Positions 53,963-63,486 of a stretch of 64,000 nt of DNA are shown one piece after another. Position 1 is the stretch's first letter. Every line of letters begins with the position of its first letter. Below the pieces are notes generated by a model. The model had not been told where the DNA came from, made no database searches, and worked only from the letters and a program-made list of their open reading frames with translations. The stretch lies in the NCBI GenBank assembly GCA_964489065.1, contig CAZAXH010000008.1, positions 64,130-128,129 of the forward strand, read 5' to 3'. Source of the stretch: an uncultured Planctomycetales bacterium (lineage in GTDB: Bacteria; Omnitrophota; Gorgyraeia; Zapsychrales; JANLHA01). Both the position numbers and the translations under genes were made by a program.

Positions 53963-56900
53963 ATGCTTGAAAAATTTATTCAATACTTCGTTAAACGCCA
54001 CCTTTTAACAAACCTGATTTTCATGACCGTTATTATAGGCGGAGTCCTGAGCTGGCGGTCTATTAAGAAAGAGGAGATGCCCGATGTCACTTTTGACAGG
54101 GTACGTATTTCCGCGACCTACCCCGGCGCAACAGCCGAGGAAGTCGAACATTTTGTTACCAAACCCATCGAAGACGAAATCCAAGGTCTTGATGGCATTT
54201 ACCGCGTCACCAGCAGCGCCAGTGAGGGGCAAACTGATATAACCGTCGAGATCGAAAAAAATTATCCCGACAAGGAGGAGGTGATCACTGAAATCCGCAA
54301 CGCGGTCCTTGATGTCGACCTGCCGGATGACGTGCGGGATGCCCCGACCGTGCGCGTTTTTAAGACCGCTAAAATGGCTATTATGGATGTGGCTTTATAT
54401 CATACCGGCCAACATCTTTTAAACGCCGATGACCGCCGGATCCTCCAGGAATACGCCCACGCCCTGGAAAACCAGCTCTTAAATCTTCCGCAGATCAACA
54501 GTTTTAATAAATCCGGGTACATGCAGGAAGAAATTCAGATTAAAGTGAACCCGGCTAAGCTGGTCGAGTATGAAATTCCTCTCAGCCAAGTCATGCGGGA
54601 GGTGCGGGACAATCATGTCCGGCAACCGGCCGGAAACATTGAAGTTAAAAATGAGCCCAAGGTCACTTTAAATTCCCAGCTTGATACGATCGAGAAACTC
54701 GGCCATTTGATTATCCAAGCCGGCTTTGAAGGCAGGGCGGTCCCTTTAAGAGATATCGCCCAAATTCAATCCGGGTTCAATCTTGAGAAGGAAATCACCA
54801 AAGTTAACGGCCACGAAGCCGTCATCCTTAATGTCGTAAAAAACACCTCGTATGGAATTCTGAACTCCATCACCGCCGTCCAGAAGGAAATAGAACGGTT
54901 TAGAATGAACTGCCTCCAGAACGCCCCGGTTGCGATCAGCATCATGGACGACGAGTCCACGGATTTACGCAACCGGCTGTCCATCATTACCGTTAACGGC
55001 ACGATCGGATTCTTTTTGATCCTTTTTTCCCTCTTTTTATTCCTAGATAAAAAATCCGGATTCTGGGTGGCCATGGGGATCCCTTTCACGATCTGCTTTA
55101 CATTGCTAGCCGCTGTCCTCTTGGGTTACTCAATCAATAATATCACCCTAGCCGCGGTCATTATCGTCATGGGGATGGTGGTTGATGACGCGATCGTCGT
55201 TACCGAGAATATCGCCCGTCTCCGCTCCCAGGGGATGGGTTCACAGGAGGCGGCCGTTAAGGGGACGGCCCGTGTTTTTTTCCCGGTCATGGCCAGCATC
55301 GTGACAACCTGCATCACCTTTATTCCGCTCTTTTTCTTCACCGGCCGGTTCGGACAGATCAACAGGTTTATCCCGCCCATTATTTTTCTTATGCTCGGCT
55401 CAAGCCTGCTGGAAGCCCTCATTATTTTACCCGGGCACATGCATTTTGAAATTCCTCATCTCCAAAATTACTTCCGTAAAAAAAAGCATACGATTGCCGA
55501 AACCCGGGCGCACTGGTTTGAAAAGGTTGAAAACGCTTATGGCGGTTTTCTTATCAAAATTTTGCCGTATAAAATTCTGATTATAGCGATGTTCGTTCTG
55601 CTGCTGGTTGTTTCCTGGTTTATTCTGACCCGGTACATGAAATTTGTCATGTTTCCCGATGAAGAGACGAGGGCGGTGACGGTTATCGGTGAGGCCCCTG
55701 ATACCTATGACCGATATGACACCGCCGCCCTCACGCGCAGGATCGAAGATGTCGTCAGGCCGTTTATCGGCAGGGAAGTGATCGGCGTGAGAACCGATAT
55801 CGCCCGCAACCGCAGAGGCGGAGGGGTGGAAGAGAACCGTTTCCGGACTATCATTGAAATTGTCCCCAAGGAAAAACGGAAAGAATCGGCGGACCAGATG
55901 ATCACCCGATGGAGAGAGGATTTCGACAAAATAGAAGACCTGAAGAAACTAACGATTCAGAAAAACCGTTGGGGGCAATCGAGCGGCAGCGCGATTGAAA
56001 TCCTCATCCAGGAAAACGACGACCATCTGCGGGACCAGGCCGCCCATAAGCTCGTGGAATTCATGAAAAAGAACCCGGACCTGATCAATGTCGACATCGA
56101 GCGTCCAATGCAAATCCCGGAATACAAGATTGGCCTGAAAATGGAAAAAATCAAACGCCTGTCCATCAGCCCGGTGGATATCGCCGACGCTTTCCGCGCC
56201 GCTCTGGAAGGCACGGTCCTTTATGAATTGCCTAAAGGTGACGAAGAGGTCGATGTGCGTCTGACCATTATCGATGAAGCCAAACGGGATATGAACGATA
56301 TCCTCCAAGTGCCGGTTGAGAATCAAAATAATTACCTGGTACCTCTGGGAGACCTGGTTGATGTTCAAAAAACCACGACTCCCATTTCGATTTCCCGGCG
56401 AGACCGGAAACGCACCACCACCGTTTATGCGGATATCAAACCTAAAACAGGCTTGACCCCGATTGAGATCGCCCGCAACCTGGAGATCAACGCCTTCCCC
56501 CATATTACAGCCGATCATCCTTCGACAACCCTGTCCTTTACCGGCGAAATCCAGGACACGCGGGAATCACAGGGGGATCTGCGCCAAGGGATCATCCTCG
56601 TTCTGTTCCTGATTTTTTCGGTTTTGGCGATTCTCTTCAATTCATTGACCAGGCCGCTGATTATCATGCTGGCAATTCCCTTCGGTCTGGTGGGGATTAT
56701 TTTAGCGTTCTGGCTGCACGGAAAAATCCTTTTTGGCTTCTTCGCCGCTATCGGGGCCCTGGGGCTGGCAGGGGTTGTCATCAATGATTCCATTATCATG
56801 CTCTCAAAGCTGGATGAGGAATTCCTGGAGGTCAAATTCAAAAATGCCGTTGACATAAACGCCTATATAAGCCGGGTGGCCCAGACGCGTTTGCGCGCCG

Positions 56901-57112
56901 TGATTCTGACAACACTCACCACTGTCGCCGGGCTTTTTCCCACCGCTTACGGCGTGGCCGGCTATGACGCCATGCTGGCGGACATGATGCTTGCGATGGC
57001 CTGGGGGTTGTGTTTCGGGACGTTCATCACCCTTATCCTGATTCCCTGTATTTATAGTGTTATGCAGGAAAGCAAGCTAAAATTTCAATCAGCCTTGGGA
57101 TTAATAAAATGA
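53963..57112 (+). CDS. RND-family efflux transporter permease (AcrB/CzcA superfamily)
   Basis: It is 1049 aa with a 12-TM/two-large-loop architecture. The N-terminus (FVKRHLLTNLIFMTVIIGGVLSW..MPDVTFDRVRISATYPGATAEEVE) and the VDDAIVVTENI motif are typical of this superfamily. Confidence 0.9.
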   Translation: MLEKFIQYFVKRHLLTNLIFMTVIIGGVLSWRSIKKEEMPDVTFDRVRISATYPGATAEEVEHFVTKPIEDEIQGLDGIYRVTSSASEGQTDITVEIEKNYPDKEEVITEIRNAVLDVDLPDDVRDAPTVRVFKTAKMAIMDVALYHTGQHLLNADDRRILQEYAHALENQLLNLPQINSFNKSGYMQEEIQIKVNPAKLVEYEIPLSQVMREVRDNHVRQPAGNIEVKNEPKVTLNSQLDTIEKLGHLIIQAGFEGRAVPLRDIAQIQSGFNLEKEITKVNGHEAVILNVVKNTSYGILNSITAVQKEIERFRMNCLQNAPVAISIMDDESTDLRNRLSIITVNGTIGFFLILFSLFLFLDKKSGFWVAMGIPFTICFTLLAAVLLGYSINNITLAAVIIVMGMVVDDAIVVTENIARLRSQGMGSQEAAVKGTARVFFPVMASIVTTCITFIPLFFFTGRFGQINRFIPPIIFLMLGSSLLEALIILPGHMHFEIPHLQNYFRKKKHTIAETRAHWFEKVENAYGGFLIKILPYKILIIAMFVLLLVVSWFILTRYMKFVMFPDEETRAVTVIGEAPDTYDRYDTAALTRRIEDVVRPFIGREVIGVRTDIARNRRGGGVEENRFRTIIEIVPKEKRKESADQMITRWREDFDKIEDLKKLTIQKNRWGQSSGSAIEILIQENDDHLRDQAAHKLVEFMKKNPDLINVDIERPMQIPEYKIGLKMEKIKRLSISPVDIADAFRAALEGTVLYELPKGDEEVDVRLTIIDEAKRDMNDILQVPVENQNNYLVPLGDLVDVQKTTTPISISRRDRKRTTTVYADIKPKTGLTPIEIARNLEINAFPHITADHPSTTLSFTGEIQDTRESQGDLRQGIILVLFLIFSVLAILFNSLTRPLIIMLAIPFGLVGIILAFWLHGKILFGFFAAIGALGLAGVVINDSIIMLSKLDEEFLEVKFKNAVDINAYISRVAQTRLRAVILTTLTTVAGLFPTAYGVAGYDAMLADMMLAMAWGLCFGTFITLILIPCIYSVMQESKLKFQSALGLIK

Positions 57113-58551
57113 AAAAAACGAGCCGGAAATCATCCGTGAACACCGCTATGTTCGGCCTCCTGCTGGCTGGAGTCCTGCTGGTCGCCTGCCGGGGCAGCGC
57201 AGCCGGCAGCCCCGCGATAGCGCTGGAGAATTTTAGCAAACAGGACGCCACCGTGTTAACCATCGAAGAGTTTGTCCGGCGCACCAGTCAAAATGACACG
57301 GTCTTCGAGCAAATCCTGATGGATGAATTAAAGCTCCAGTACCGTAAGGACCTATCCCTCCCAGCCGGAGATATTATTTTGTCCGTAAAAGGACACTATG
57401 ACTTTATCCTGAATCAAAACAGAGAAGAGCCGGACATGGCCCTTGGGTTGGACAAACTCTTCCCCGATACGGGTACGAACATATCCCTGTCTTACGAAAA
57501 CACCCCTTCGATCAGTTCAACAACGGAAAAGTCCCAACTGGATTTCCTGGTATCCCAGCCGATCGCCGAGAATGCGTTCGGCCATGCCACCCGTATGCAG
57601 GATAAGATTTCCGGCATTGAAATCGACGTCATTCGGTATCAAATTACCGAGGCATACGAAGACTATTTGGCCAGCCTCATCAATATTTATTATGACTGGT
57701 ATTCGGCGTGGGAAAATCTCAAAATAGGACAATCCTCCTATGCGCAGAATAAACAGTTATTGGACAACATGAACCGCAGGGCCCAAAACAAAATCGCCCT
57801 GCCGGTGGATGTCAATAAGGTCCAGCTTTTGGTCATCGCCAAAGAAGAAAACATGATTTCCCTGAAGGAAATATATGAAAATTATACAAATCTGGTCAAA
57901 AAGGCCATCCGGAGCGACAAAAATGCTGCATGGGTCCCGCAGGACCCCTCCGGATTCCATGATTTTGAAGTCAATTTCGAGGAACGATACAAGCAGTTTA
58001 CCGATTCTAGCCGGACTTATGCGATCCTGAAGCTGCTAGAAGAAAAAAGTTCCCTGGATGTCAGTAAAAACACGGATGCTCTTTTGCCATCGACAAACCT
58101 GATGTTTGGCTATACGATGGAGGGAACCCGATGGGGGATTCAGGAGGAGGATCATATGGTTTACACGGGGATTTCCATGAAATGGCCCTTCCCGGGACAA
58201 AAGGAGCGCGCCGGACATAAAACCGCAGAAATTGATTTTCAAAAAACCCGGCTGACCCATCAGAACAAATATCTTGAACTCTATACCGATTTAAAAAACC
58301 TGCAACTTCAGGTCATGAGAGAGAAAGAGCTCATACGGCTGGCGGATGAAAAGATTAATTTGTCTGAAGCCGTCCTAACGGATGAGACCCGGAACTATTC
58401 ATTTGGGAAAATTACCTTGAACGATTATATCGACGCGGTCAACACGGTCGACCTCAATAAATTCAAGAAGATTCTGCATACCGTTGAGCTCAAAAAACTT
58501 CTCCTGGAATGGCTTCGCCTGACCGACCGGTTAGTCGATAAAACACATTGA
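57109..58551 (+). CDS. TolC-like outer membrane efflux protein (OMF)
   Basis: It has a signal/lipobox-like N-terminus (LLLAGVLLVACRG) and two OEP-type coiled-coil repeats. It is translationally coupled to the RND gene (ATGA at 57109/57112). Confidence 0.8.
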   Translation: MKKTSRKSSVNTAMFGLLLAGVLLVACRGSAAGSPAIALENFSKQDATVLTIEEFVRRTSQNDTVFEQILMDELKLQYRKDLSLPAGDIILSVKGHYDFILNQNREEPDMALGLDKLFPDTGTNISLSYENTPSISSTTEKSQLDFLVSQPIAENAFGHATRMQDKISGIEIDVIRYQITEAYEDYLASLINIYYDWYSAWENLKIGQSSYAQNKQLLDNMNRRAQNKIALPVDVNKVQLLVIAKEENMISLKEIYENYTNLVKKAIRSDKNAAWVPQDPSGFHDFEVNFEERYKQFTDSSRTYAILKLLEEKSSLDVSKNTDALLPSTNLMFGYTMEGTRWGIQEEDHMVYTGISMKWPFPGQKERAGHKTAEIDFQKTRLTHQNKYLELYTDLKNLQLQVMREKELIRLADEKINLSEAVLTDETRNYSFGKITLNDYIDAVNTVDLNKFKKILHTVELKKLLLEWLRLTDRLVDKTH

Positions 58552-58649
58552 AATAATAAGGACGCCCCCCAGATGGCCACGGGGCCGCAATCCCTTTAAG
58601 ACGTAAGACGGGGCCGGGCCCCTATCAGAAAAGAGTTAAGGAAGCGCAT

Positions 58650-59444
58650 ATGAAAAACAGAAAACCGCCTTTACTGGAATTTAATGACCTAACTGTTCTA
58701 AAAGGAGGACGGGTTGTCCTGGACGCCCTGTCTTTGAAAATTTATGAAGGCGAGGATGTGGCCATATTGGGGCCTAACGGAGCCGGGAAATCCTCGCTCA
58801 TCAAAGTCATCACCCGGGACTATTATCCCATACAGCCCAACCAGGGATGCCCGTTCAGAATATGGGGGCAGGATCAGTGGAATATCTTCGAACTAAGGAA
58901 ATTATTGGGGATCGTGTCCAATGACCTTCAATACACCTGCACCAGAGACACAACAGGGGGGGACGTCGTCCTGTCCGGTTTCTTCAGCAGCATCGGCCTG
59001 TATAGAGAGCGCCTGACTCCCGTTATGAAACGCAAAGCCCAGGAGGTCATTGAATTCCTGGAAATAGGGCATCTACAGCATAGGAACATGAATGAGATGT
59101 CCTCCGGGGAAGCGCGCCGCTTCCTGATCGCACGGGCCCTGGTTCATGACCCTAAGGCGCTGATCCTTGATGAGCCAACCAACAGCCTTGATCTGCATGC
59201 CACCTATAAATTCACGGACATGATCCGGAAAATCACCCGGGCCGGGACAAGCCTGATTCTGGTGACGCAAAACCCTTCTGATATTATTCCCGAAATCAGA
59301 CGGGTGATCCTGATGAAGGACGGAAAATTTTATCAATATGGGACTAAAGAGTCTGTCCTGACGGGAGAGAGAATCAGCCGTCTGTTCGGCTCTTCCATCC
59401 ATATTATGAAAAAAAATGGATATTATTACGCCCTGCGGGCGTAG
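58650..59444 (+). CDS. Orphan ABC-type ATPase (ModF-like)
   Basis: It has Walker A GPNGAGKSSLIKV, the signature MSSGEARRFLIARAL and Walker B LILDEPTNSLD. There is no adjacent permease. Confidence 0.8.
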   Translation: MKNRKPPLLEFNDLTVLKGGRVVLDALSLKIYEGEDVAILGPNGAGKSSLIKVITRDYYPIQPNQGCPFRIWGQDQWNIFELRKLLGIVSNDLQYTCTRDTTGGDVVLSGFFSSIGLYRERLTPVMKRKAQEVIEFLEIGHLQHRNMNEMSSGEARRFLIARALVHDPKALILDEPTNSLDLHATYKFTDMIRKITRAGTSLILVTQNPSDIIPEIRRVILMKDGKFYQYGTKESVLTGERISRLFGSSIHIMKKNGYYYALRA

Positions 59445-59504
59445 CCTGATACTTTTATTATTAAAAATAAAACACGGGAAAGTCGATTAAAAAAGGAGCC
59501 CATC

Positions 59505-60068
59505 ATGAACCCGGTTATTGAAAACATTTTTGCCAGAAGGTCCGTGAGGATTTATGCTGCCACACCGATTCCCCGGGACACGCTCTTGACGATCATCGAA
59601 GCCAGCAACATGGCGCCGAGCGGATGCAATGCCCAGGGATGGCGGTATATTATCGTGGAAGACTGTGGGTTCCGGGAAAAACTCGCGGACCTCGCCTTAC
59701 CGAAGTATAAAAAATGGATGGAGAATATTTCCGGCCCGCTCAAAGACCTGCGGGAGGACATTGACAAAAAGACACCCGACCCTGTATATTATTCGGCGCC
59801 GGCCGTAGTTTTCGTTGTCGGTTCAGGGATGACCGCTGATTTTGACTGCTCCATGGTATGTCAAAACATGATGCTCGCGGCCCGTTCGTTCGGCATAGGC
59901 AGTTGCTGGGTTTATTTCGGCCAGCTGGTTCTGGATGACGCCGAAATCAAAAAAATATTTGCCCTAAGCCCCGAGGAGAAAGTTTACGGACCGGTTTTGC
60001 TTGGGTACCCGCGGGAAGGATTCCCAGAGGCGCCCGCGAAGAAATCACCGGAAATTCAATGGATATAA
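59505..60068 (+). CDS. Nitroreductase-family flavoprotein
   Basis: It has IFARRSVRIY, SNMAPSGCNAQGWRYIIV and the size (187 aa) typical of the NADH/FMN nitroreductase fold. Confidence 0.85.
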   Translation: MNPVIENIFARRSVRIYAATPIPRDTLLTIIEASNMAPSGCNAQGWRYIIVEDCGFREKLADLALPKYKKWMENISGPLKDLREDIDKKTPDPVYYSAPAVVFVVGSGMTADFDCSMVCQNMMLAARSFGIGSCWVYFGQLVLDDAEIKKIFALSPEEKVYGPVLLGYPREGFPEAPAKKSPEIQWI

Positions 60069-60889
60069 TGCGGCCCAAAAATACCGCGTGGGAGAACAAC
60101 GTGAAAACAATCCTATTTTCTTTGTGCTTTCTGCTTCTGCAATCCTTTGTGTCGTACGCCCAAGACATCGACAAGGCCCTTTTTAAGGAATACGAGACTG
60201 CTCTGGTCATTCACAACAGGGCCAGCGGAGAAGTCATCAATCCCAATCCGATATTCACTTCCAGGCGGCTATCGCCCTGTTCAACTTTCAAAATTTATAA
60301 TACCCTGATAGGGTTAGAACTTGGCTTGATCCAAGGGCCGGACGAACCGTGGTATCAATGGGACGGGGTCCACCGCGCCCTCAAGGAATGGGACCGGGAT
60401 TTGACTCTCCGCGAGGCCTTCCAGGTCTCCTGTGTACCGGCCTATCAGACTTTAGCGCGCCAGATCGGGGAAGAGAGCATGCAAAGGTACATTGACCTGC
60501 TTGATTACGGGACGAAAGATATGGCATCCGGAATCGATACCTTTTGGCTCCCCCGTCCAGAAACCGCGTCAATCATGATCAGTGCTGAAGAGCAGGTTTC
60601 CCTTCTGGATAAACTTTTAGATGGGGATTTGCCGTTCTCCAACGATAACATTGCCATATTGCGAAGTGTTATGGAAGCGGGCAAGACAGAACGCGGGACG
60701 CTTTACGGCAAAACCGGTTCCGGGCTTGATGAAGAGGGGAAAGCCAATCTGGGATGGTTTGTCGGGTTTCTGGAAACCCCTCAAACGACCTACACTTTTG
60801 CGTGCAACATTATGGGAGGGGACAATCCTACCGGCAGGACCGCAAAAGCCATTGTGGAAAATATTTTTAAATCGCTGGGGCTTTTTTAA
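60059..60889 (+). CDS. Class D (OXA-type) beta-lactamase homolog
   Basis: It has a signal peptide. The active-site motifs are S-T-F-K (PCSTFKIYN), S-x-V (QVSCVPAYQ), YG(T) in place of YGN, K-T-G (YGKTGSG) and GWFVGF. The long stretch WDGVHRALKEWDRDLTLREAFQVS closely resembles my recollection of OXA-10. Confidence 0.9.
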   Translation: MDIMRPKNTAWENNVKTILFSLCFLLLQSFVSYAQDIDKALFKEYETALVIHNRASGEVINPNPIFTSRRLSPCSTFKIYNTLIGLELGLIQGPDEPWYQWDGVHRALKEWDRDLTLREAFQVSCVPAYQTLARQIGEESMQRYIDLLDYGTKDMASGIDTFWLPRPETASIMISAEEQVSLLDKLLDGDLPFSNDNIAILRSVMEAGKTERGTLYGKTGSGLDEEGKANLGWFVGFLETPQTTYTFACNIMGGDNPTGRTAKAIVENIFKSLGLF

Positions 60890-60917
60890 CCTAAAAGAAA
60901 CTGTGAGGTTTTGATTC

Positions 60918-61093
60918 ATGCGTATTCTTGTCGTGGGAGATGAGAAGAAACTCGCCAGCTTCATAAAAAGAGGCAAGAGCAAGACTACGCTGTGGATGTT
61001 GCTTTTGAGGGCAACAAAAGCCTTTTTCTGGCCGATGGGGACCCGAATGATCAAATCGTATTGAATATCATGGCCTTCTTACCCGCCCTCTAA
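60918..61093 (+). pseudogene. Decayed OmpR-type response-regulator receiver fragment (frameshifted and truncated)
   Basis: Frame 1 reads MRILVVGDEKKLASFIKRG. After a -1 shift near 60974 the reading continues QEQDYAVDVAFEGNKSLFLADGDPNDQIVLNIMAFLPAL and then stops. Only about 58 aa of a receiver domain of about 120 aa remain. The phospho-acceptor position reads LNIM rather than LDIM, and there is no DNA-binding domain. Confidence 0.6.
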
Positions 61094-61109
61094 CTCGCGC
61101 AGAATTCCA

Positions 61110-61138
61110 TTGACAAGATAATTTGGGGGAAGTAGCAT
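61110..61138 (+). promoter_or_regulatory. Candidate sigma70 promoter of the atp operon
   Basis: It has a perfect -35 TTGACA (61110-61115), a 17-nt spacer and a -10 TAGCAT (61133-61138). It lies about 90 nt upstream of atpB. Confidence 0.4.
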
Positions 61139-61230
61139 GATTGTCAATGTGACAGTGTGGCCACATGGAATATCTAACAAGGAAGTCCTTTTGAGAAAGA
61201 TATTTTCTGAAAGGACTTATTTTTTTCTTT

Positions 61231-62091
61231 ATGAGTCTAGGGATCTCAAATATTTTCAGCCGCAAAAATATGGGGAGCGCAGCGCTGATCTCATTTCTCA
61301 TGTTAACGCCGGCCGCCGCCTTGGGAGATGAGGGGGGCATTACTGCGACATTACTGAAGGAAATATCCAACAGTCATACGGAGGAGATATTTCCCCTGCT
61401 TAACCCCATCCCCCTGCCTGCGGGATTATCCGTTCATCTCCTCATGCTTTTTCTTTCCGCAGGCATGATGCTTTCCCTGTTTTTTTACGCGAAAAGGAAT
61501 GCCTGTTTACGCCCCCGGGGGCTGCTCGTTGCCGTTGAAAGTGCCGTCCTTTTTATCCAGGACGATGTCGTTTGCCCGGTCATGGGAGAAGAGAGGGGCA
61601 AACAGTGGTTGCCGTTTTTCTGTACATTATTTGTCTTTCTCTTAATCGTCAATCTCCTGGGCCTTATTCCCGCTTTTAAAACCGCGACCGGGAATATCAA
61701 CGTGACAACAGCCTTGTCTATTATGATTTTAGGGCTCATTTTTCTGGAGGGCATCAAGAATTTTGGGCTAAAAAATTTTTTCATTAATTTTTATCCGAAA
61801 AATACGCCCTGGCCGGTAGGTTTTTTTGTGGTTTTTTTAGAATTCAGCGGTTTATTTATTAAAACGGCGGTCTTAAGTCTTCGCCTTTTTGCCAATATGT
61901 TTGCCGGACATTTAGCGATCAGCTCGTTTTTAGTCCTGATTTTCGTTATCAGCCCCTGGATAAGCGCCGTGTCCGTTTCCTTTTCGGTTTTTACGTGTCT
62001 TTTGGAAGTTCTGGTGGGATTTATCCAGGCCGTAGTTTTTACGCTGCTGAGCTGTATTTTTATCACATTGTCCAGCAGTAGTCACGAATAA
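61231..62091 (+). CDS. atpB: F-type ATP synthase subunit a
   Basis: It has LSLRLFANMFAGH with the essential Arg, a polytopic architecture and the expected position before atpE. The start is uncertain (61231 or 61270). Confidence 0.9.
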   Translation: MSLGISNIFSRKNMGSAALISFLMLTPAAALGDEGGITATLLKEISNSHTEEIFPLLNPIPLPAGLSVHLLMLFLSAGMMLSLFFYAKRNACLRPRGLLVAVESAVLFIQDDVVCPVMGEERGKQWLPFFCTLFVFLLIVNLLGLIPAFKTATGNINVTTALSIMILGLIFLEGIKNFGLKNFFINFYPKNTPWPVGFFVVFLEFSGLFIKTAVLSLRLFANMFAGHLAISSFLVLIFVISPWISAVSVSFSVFTCLLEVLVGFIQAVVFTLLSCIFITLSSSSHE

Positions 62092-62115
62092 GTCAACACT
62101 TGAAGGAGGAAGTCA

Positions 62116-62346
62116 ATGGAATTAACTACGATGTCACACGCAATCGCTGTTATTGGCGCGAGTATCGGTGTTGTCGGAGGCAGTCTAGGGATCGCGATCA
62201 TCGGCGCCAAGGCCATGGACGCCATCGCGCGGCAGCCGGAAGAAAAAAAGGATATCCGCACGAATATGATCCTTATGGCAGCCTTGATAGAAGGGTTAGC
62301 TTTCTTTGGCGCGATCGTCGCCTTGCTGGCCATCTTCACAAAATAA
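62116..62346 (+). CDS. atpE: F-type ATP synthase subunit c
   Basis: It is a 76-aa two-helix hairpin with the ARQPE loop and a carboxylate in helix 2 (ALIEGLAFFG). A strong GGAGG RBS lies upstream. Confidence 0.95.
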   Translation: MELTTMSHAIAVIGASIGVVGGSLGIAIIGAKAMDAIARQPEEKKDIRTNMILMAALIEGLAFFGAIVALLAIFTK

Positions 62347-62452
62347 TTTTACCCTTCTTGGGCCAAACTTTATTGGGATGGTTCAAAAAGAAGACTACCG
62401 TTTTATTATGTGAACGAGACAGGATGTTTCTCGTATTGCAGGAGGCCTACTT

Positions 62453-62935
62453 ATGGAGTTGTTTCAACTAGATCCCGGGCTGGCGCTGTGGACCTGGGTT
62501 GTTTTTGGCGTAACGTTTTTTATTCTTCAGAAATTCGCGTTCCCTCAGATTCTGGAAAATATCAGGGACCGTGAAATGATGATTTCCAAGGCCGTTCATA
62601 AAGCCGAGCAAATAGAAAAACGCCTTTCCGAAATCGAAAAAGAAAGAGACGATATCCTCAGGGAGGCCCAAAGGCAAGCCAACGAAATATTACAGCAGTC
62701 CCGGCTGCACGCCGAATCTTTGAAAAAAGATATTCTGAAAAAAGCGGAGGAAGAAGCGAAAGCTGTCCTGAACGAAGCCAAGGTCAAAATTGACGCTGAG
62801 CGGGCGGTTATGTTCGGGTCTCTGAAATCCGAGATTGCCGATCTTGTCTGCGACACTTCGGAGAAACTCATCGGTCAATCATTTGTGGAAGAAAAAGACC
62901 GCCAATGGGTTAAAGAATTGATTAAAACAATATGA
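62453..62935 (+). CDS. atpF: F-type ATP synthase subunit b
   Basis: It has a single N-terminal TM helix and then a long charged coiled coil (EKRLSEIEKERDDILREAQRQANEIL). An AGGAGG RBS lies upstream. Confidence 0.9.
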   Translation: MELFQLDPGLALWTWVVFGVTFFILQKFAFPQILENIRDREMMISKAVHKAEQIEKRLSEIEKERDDILREAQRQANEILQQSRLHAESLKKDILKKAEEEAKAVLNEAKVKIDAERAVMFGSLKSEIADLVCDTSEKLIGQSFVEEKDRQWVKELIKTI

Positions 62936-63471
62936 ACGGGACAACAGTCACCATCAGGTACGCCAGGGCGCTTTATGAGGTAGCCGTTGAGAAGGGGGTT
63001 CTTGATATGGTTTCGGAAGACCTTTCTCAATTAGACAGGATCATCAAACAGGCCCCTTCCATAAGGGCGTATTGCCTGAAGCGCCATAAGGACCATATCC
63101 TGGAGATGGACTTTGTCGACATCGCTTTTATCCCTTATGTCAGTGACTTAACCGCGGCCGTCTTAAAGACCGCAGTCCGAAACGGGAGGTTGTCCGCCCT
63201 GGTGTACCTGCCCTCGGCCTTTCATCAGATAAGGGCTGAAAAAACCGAGATCTCGGACGTCACCCTGGAAACCACGTGGCCGGCGGACCAAACTCTTCAA
63301 GAGGCGGTCAGGGCAAAAATGAGTTCGCGACTGGGAGGGGAAATAAAACTTACAACCCGTGTCGTTCCCGGACTGCTGGGCGGGGTCAGGATTTTATGGG
63401 ATAACCGCATGATCGATCTATCAGCCTCCGGGCGTTTAAAAAAAATACGGTCAAGAATCAAGACCGTCTGA
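62932..63471 (+). CDS. atpH: F-type ATP synthase subunit delta (OSCP)
   Basis: It has the IRYARALYEVA start and a GGV(R)I..DNRMIDLS C-terminal motif. The ATGA overlap with atpF is at 62932/62935. Confidence 0.88.
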   Translation: MNGTTVTIRYARALYEVAVEKGVLDMVSEDLSQLDRIIKQAPSIRAYCLKRHKDHILEMDFVDIAFIPYVSDLTAAVLKTAVRNGRLSALVYLPSAFHQIRAEKTEISDVTLETTWPADQTLQEAVRAKMSSRLGGEIKLTTRVVPGLLGGVRILWDNRMIDLSASGRLKKIRSRIKTV

Positions 63472-63486
63472 CAACAGGAAATTTTT

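Noticed and set aside
58610-58622. This is a GC-only hairpin (GGGGCCGGGCCCC) after the OMF gene, considered as a rho-independent terminator.
   Set aside because: The stem is only 5 bp with a 3-nt loop, and there is no downstream U-tract. It is not convincing as an intrinsic terminator.
60617-61054. This is a 145-aa reverse-strand ORF spanning the end of the OXA-like gene and the response-regulator relic.
   Set aside because: It overlaps a high-confidence + strand gene, and its translation has no recognisable features. The + strand receiver-domain similarity explains the region better.
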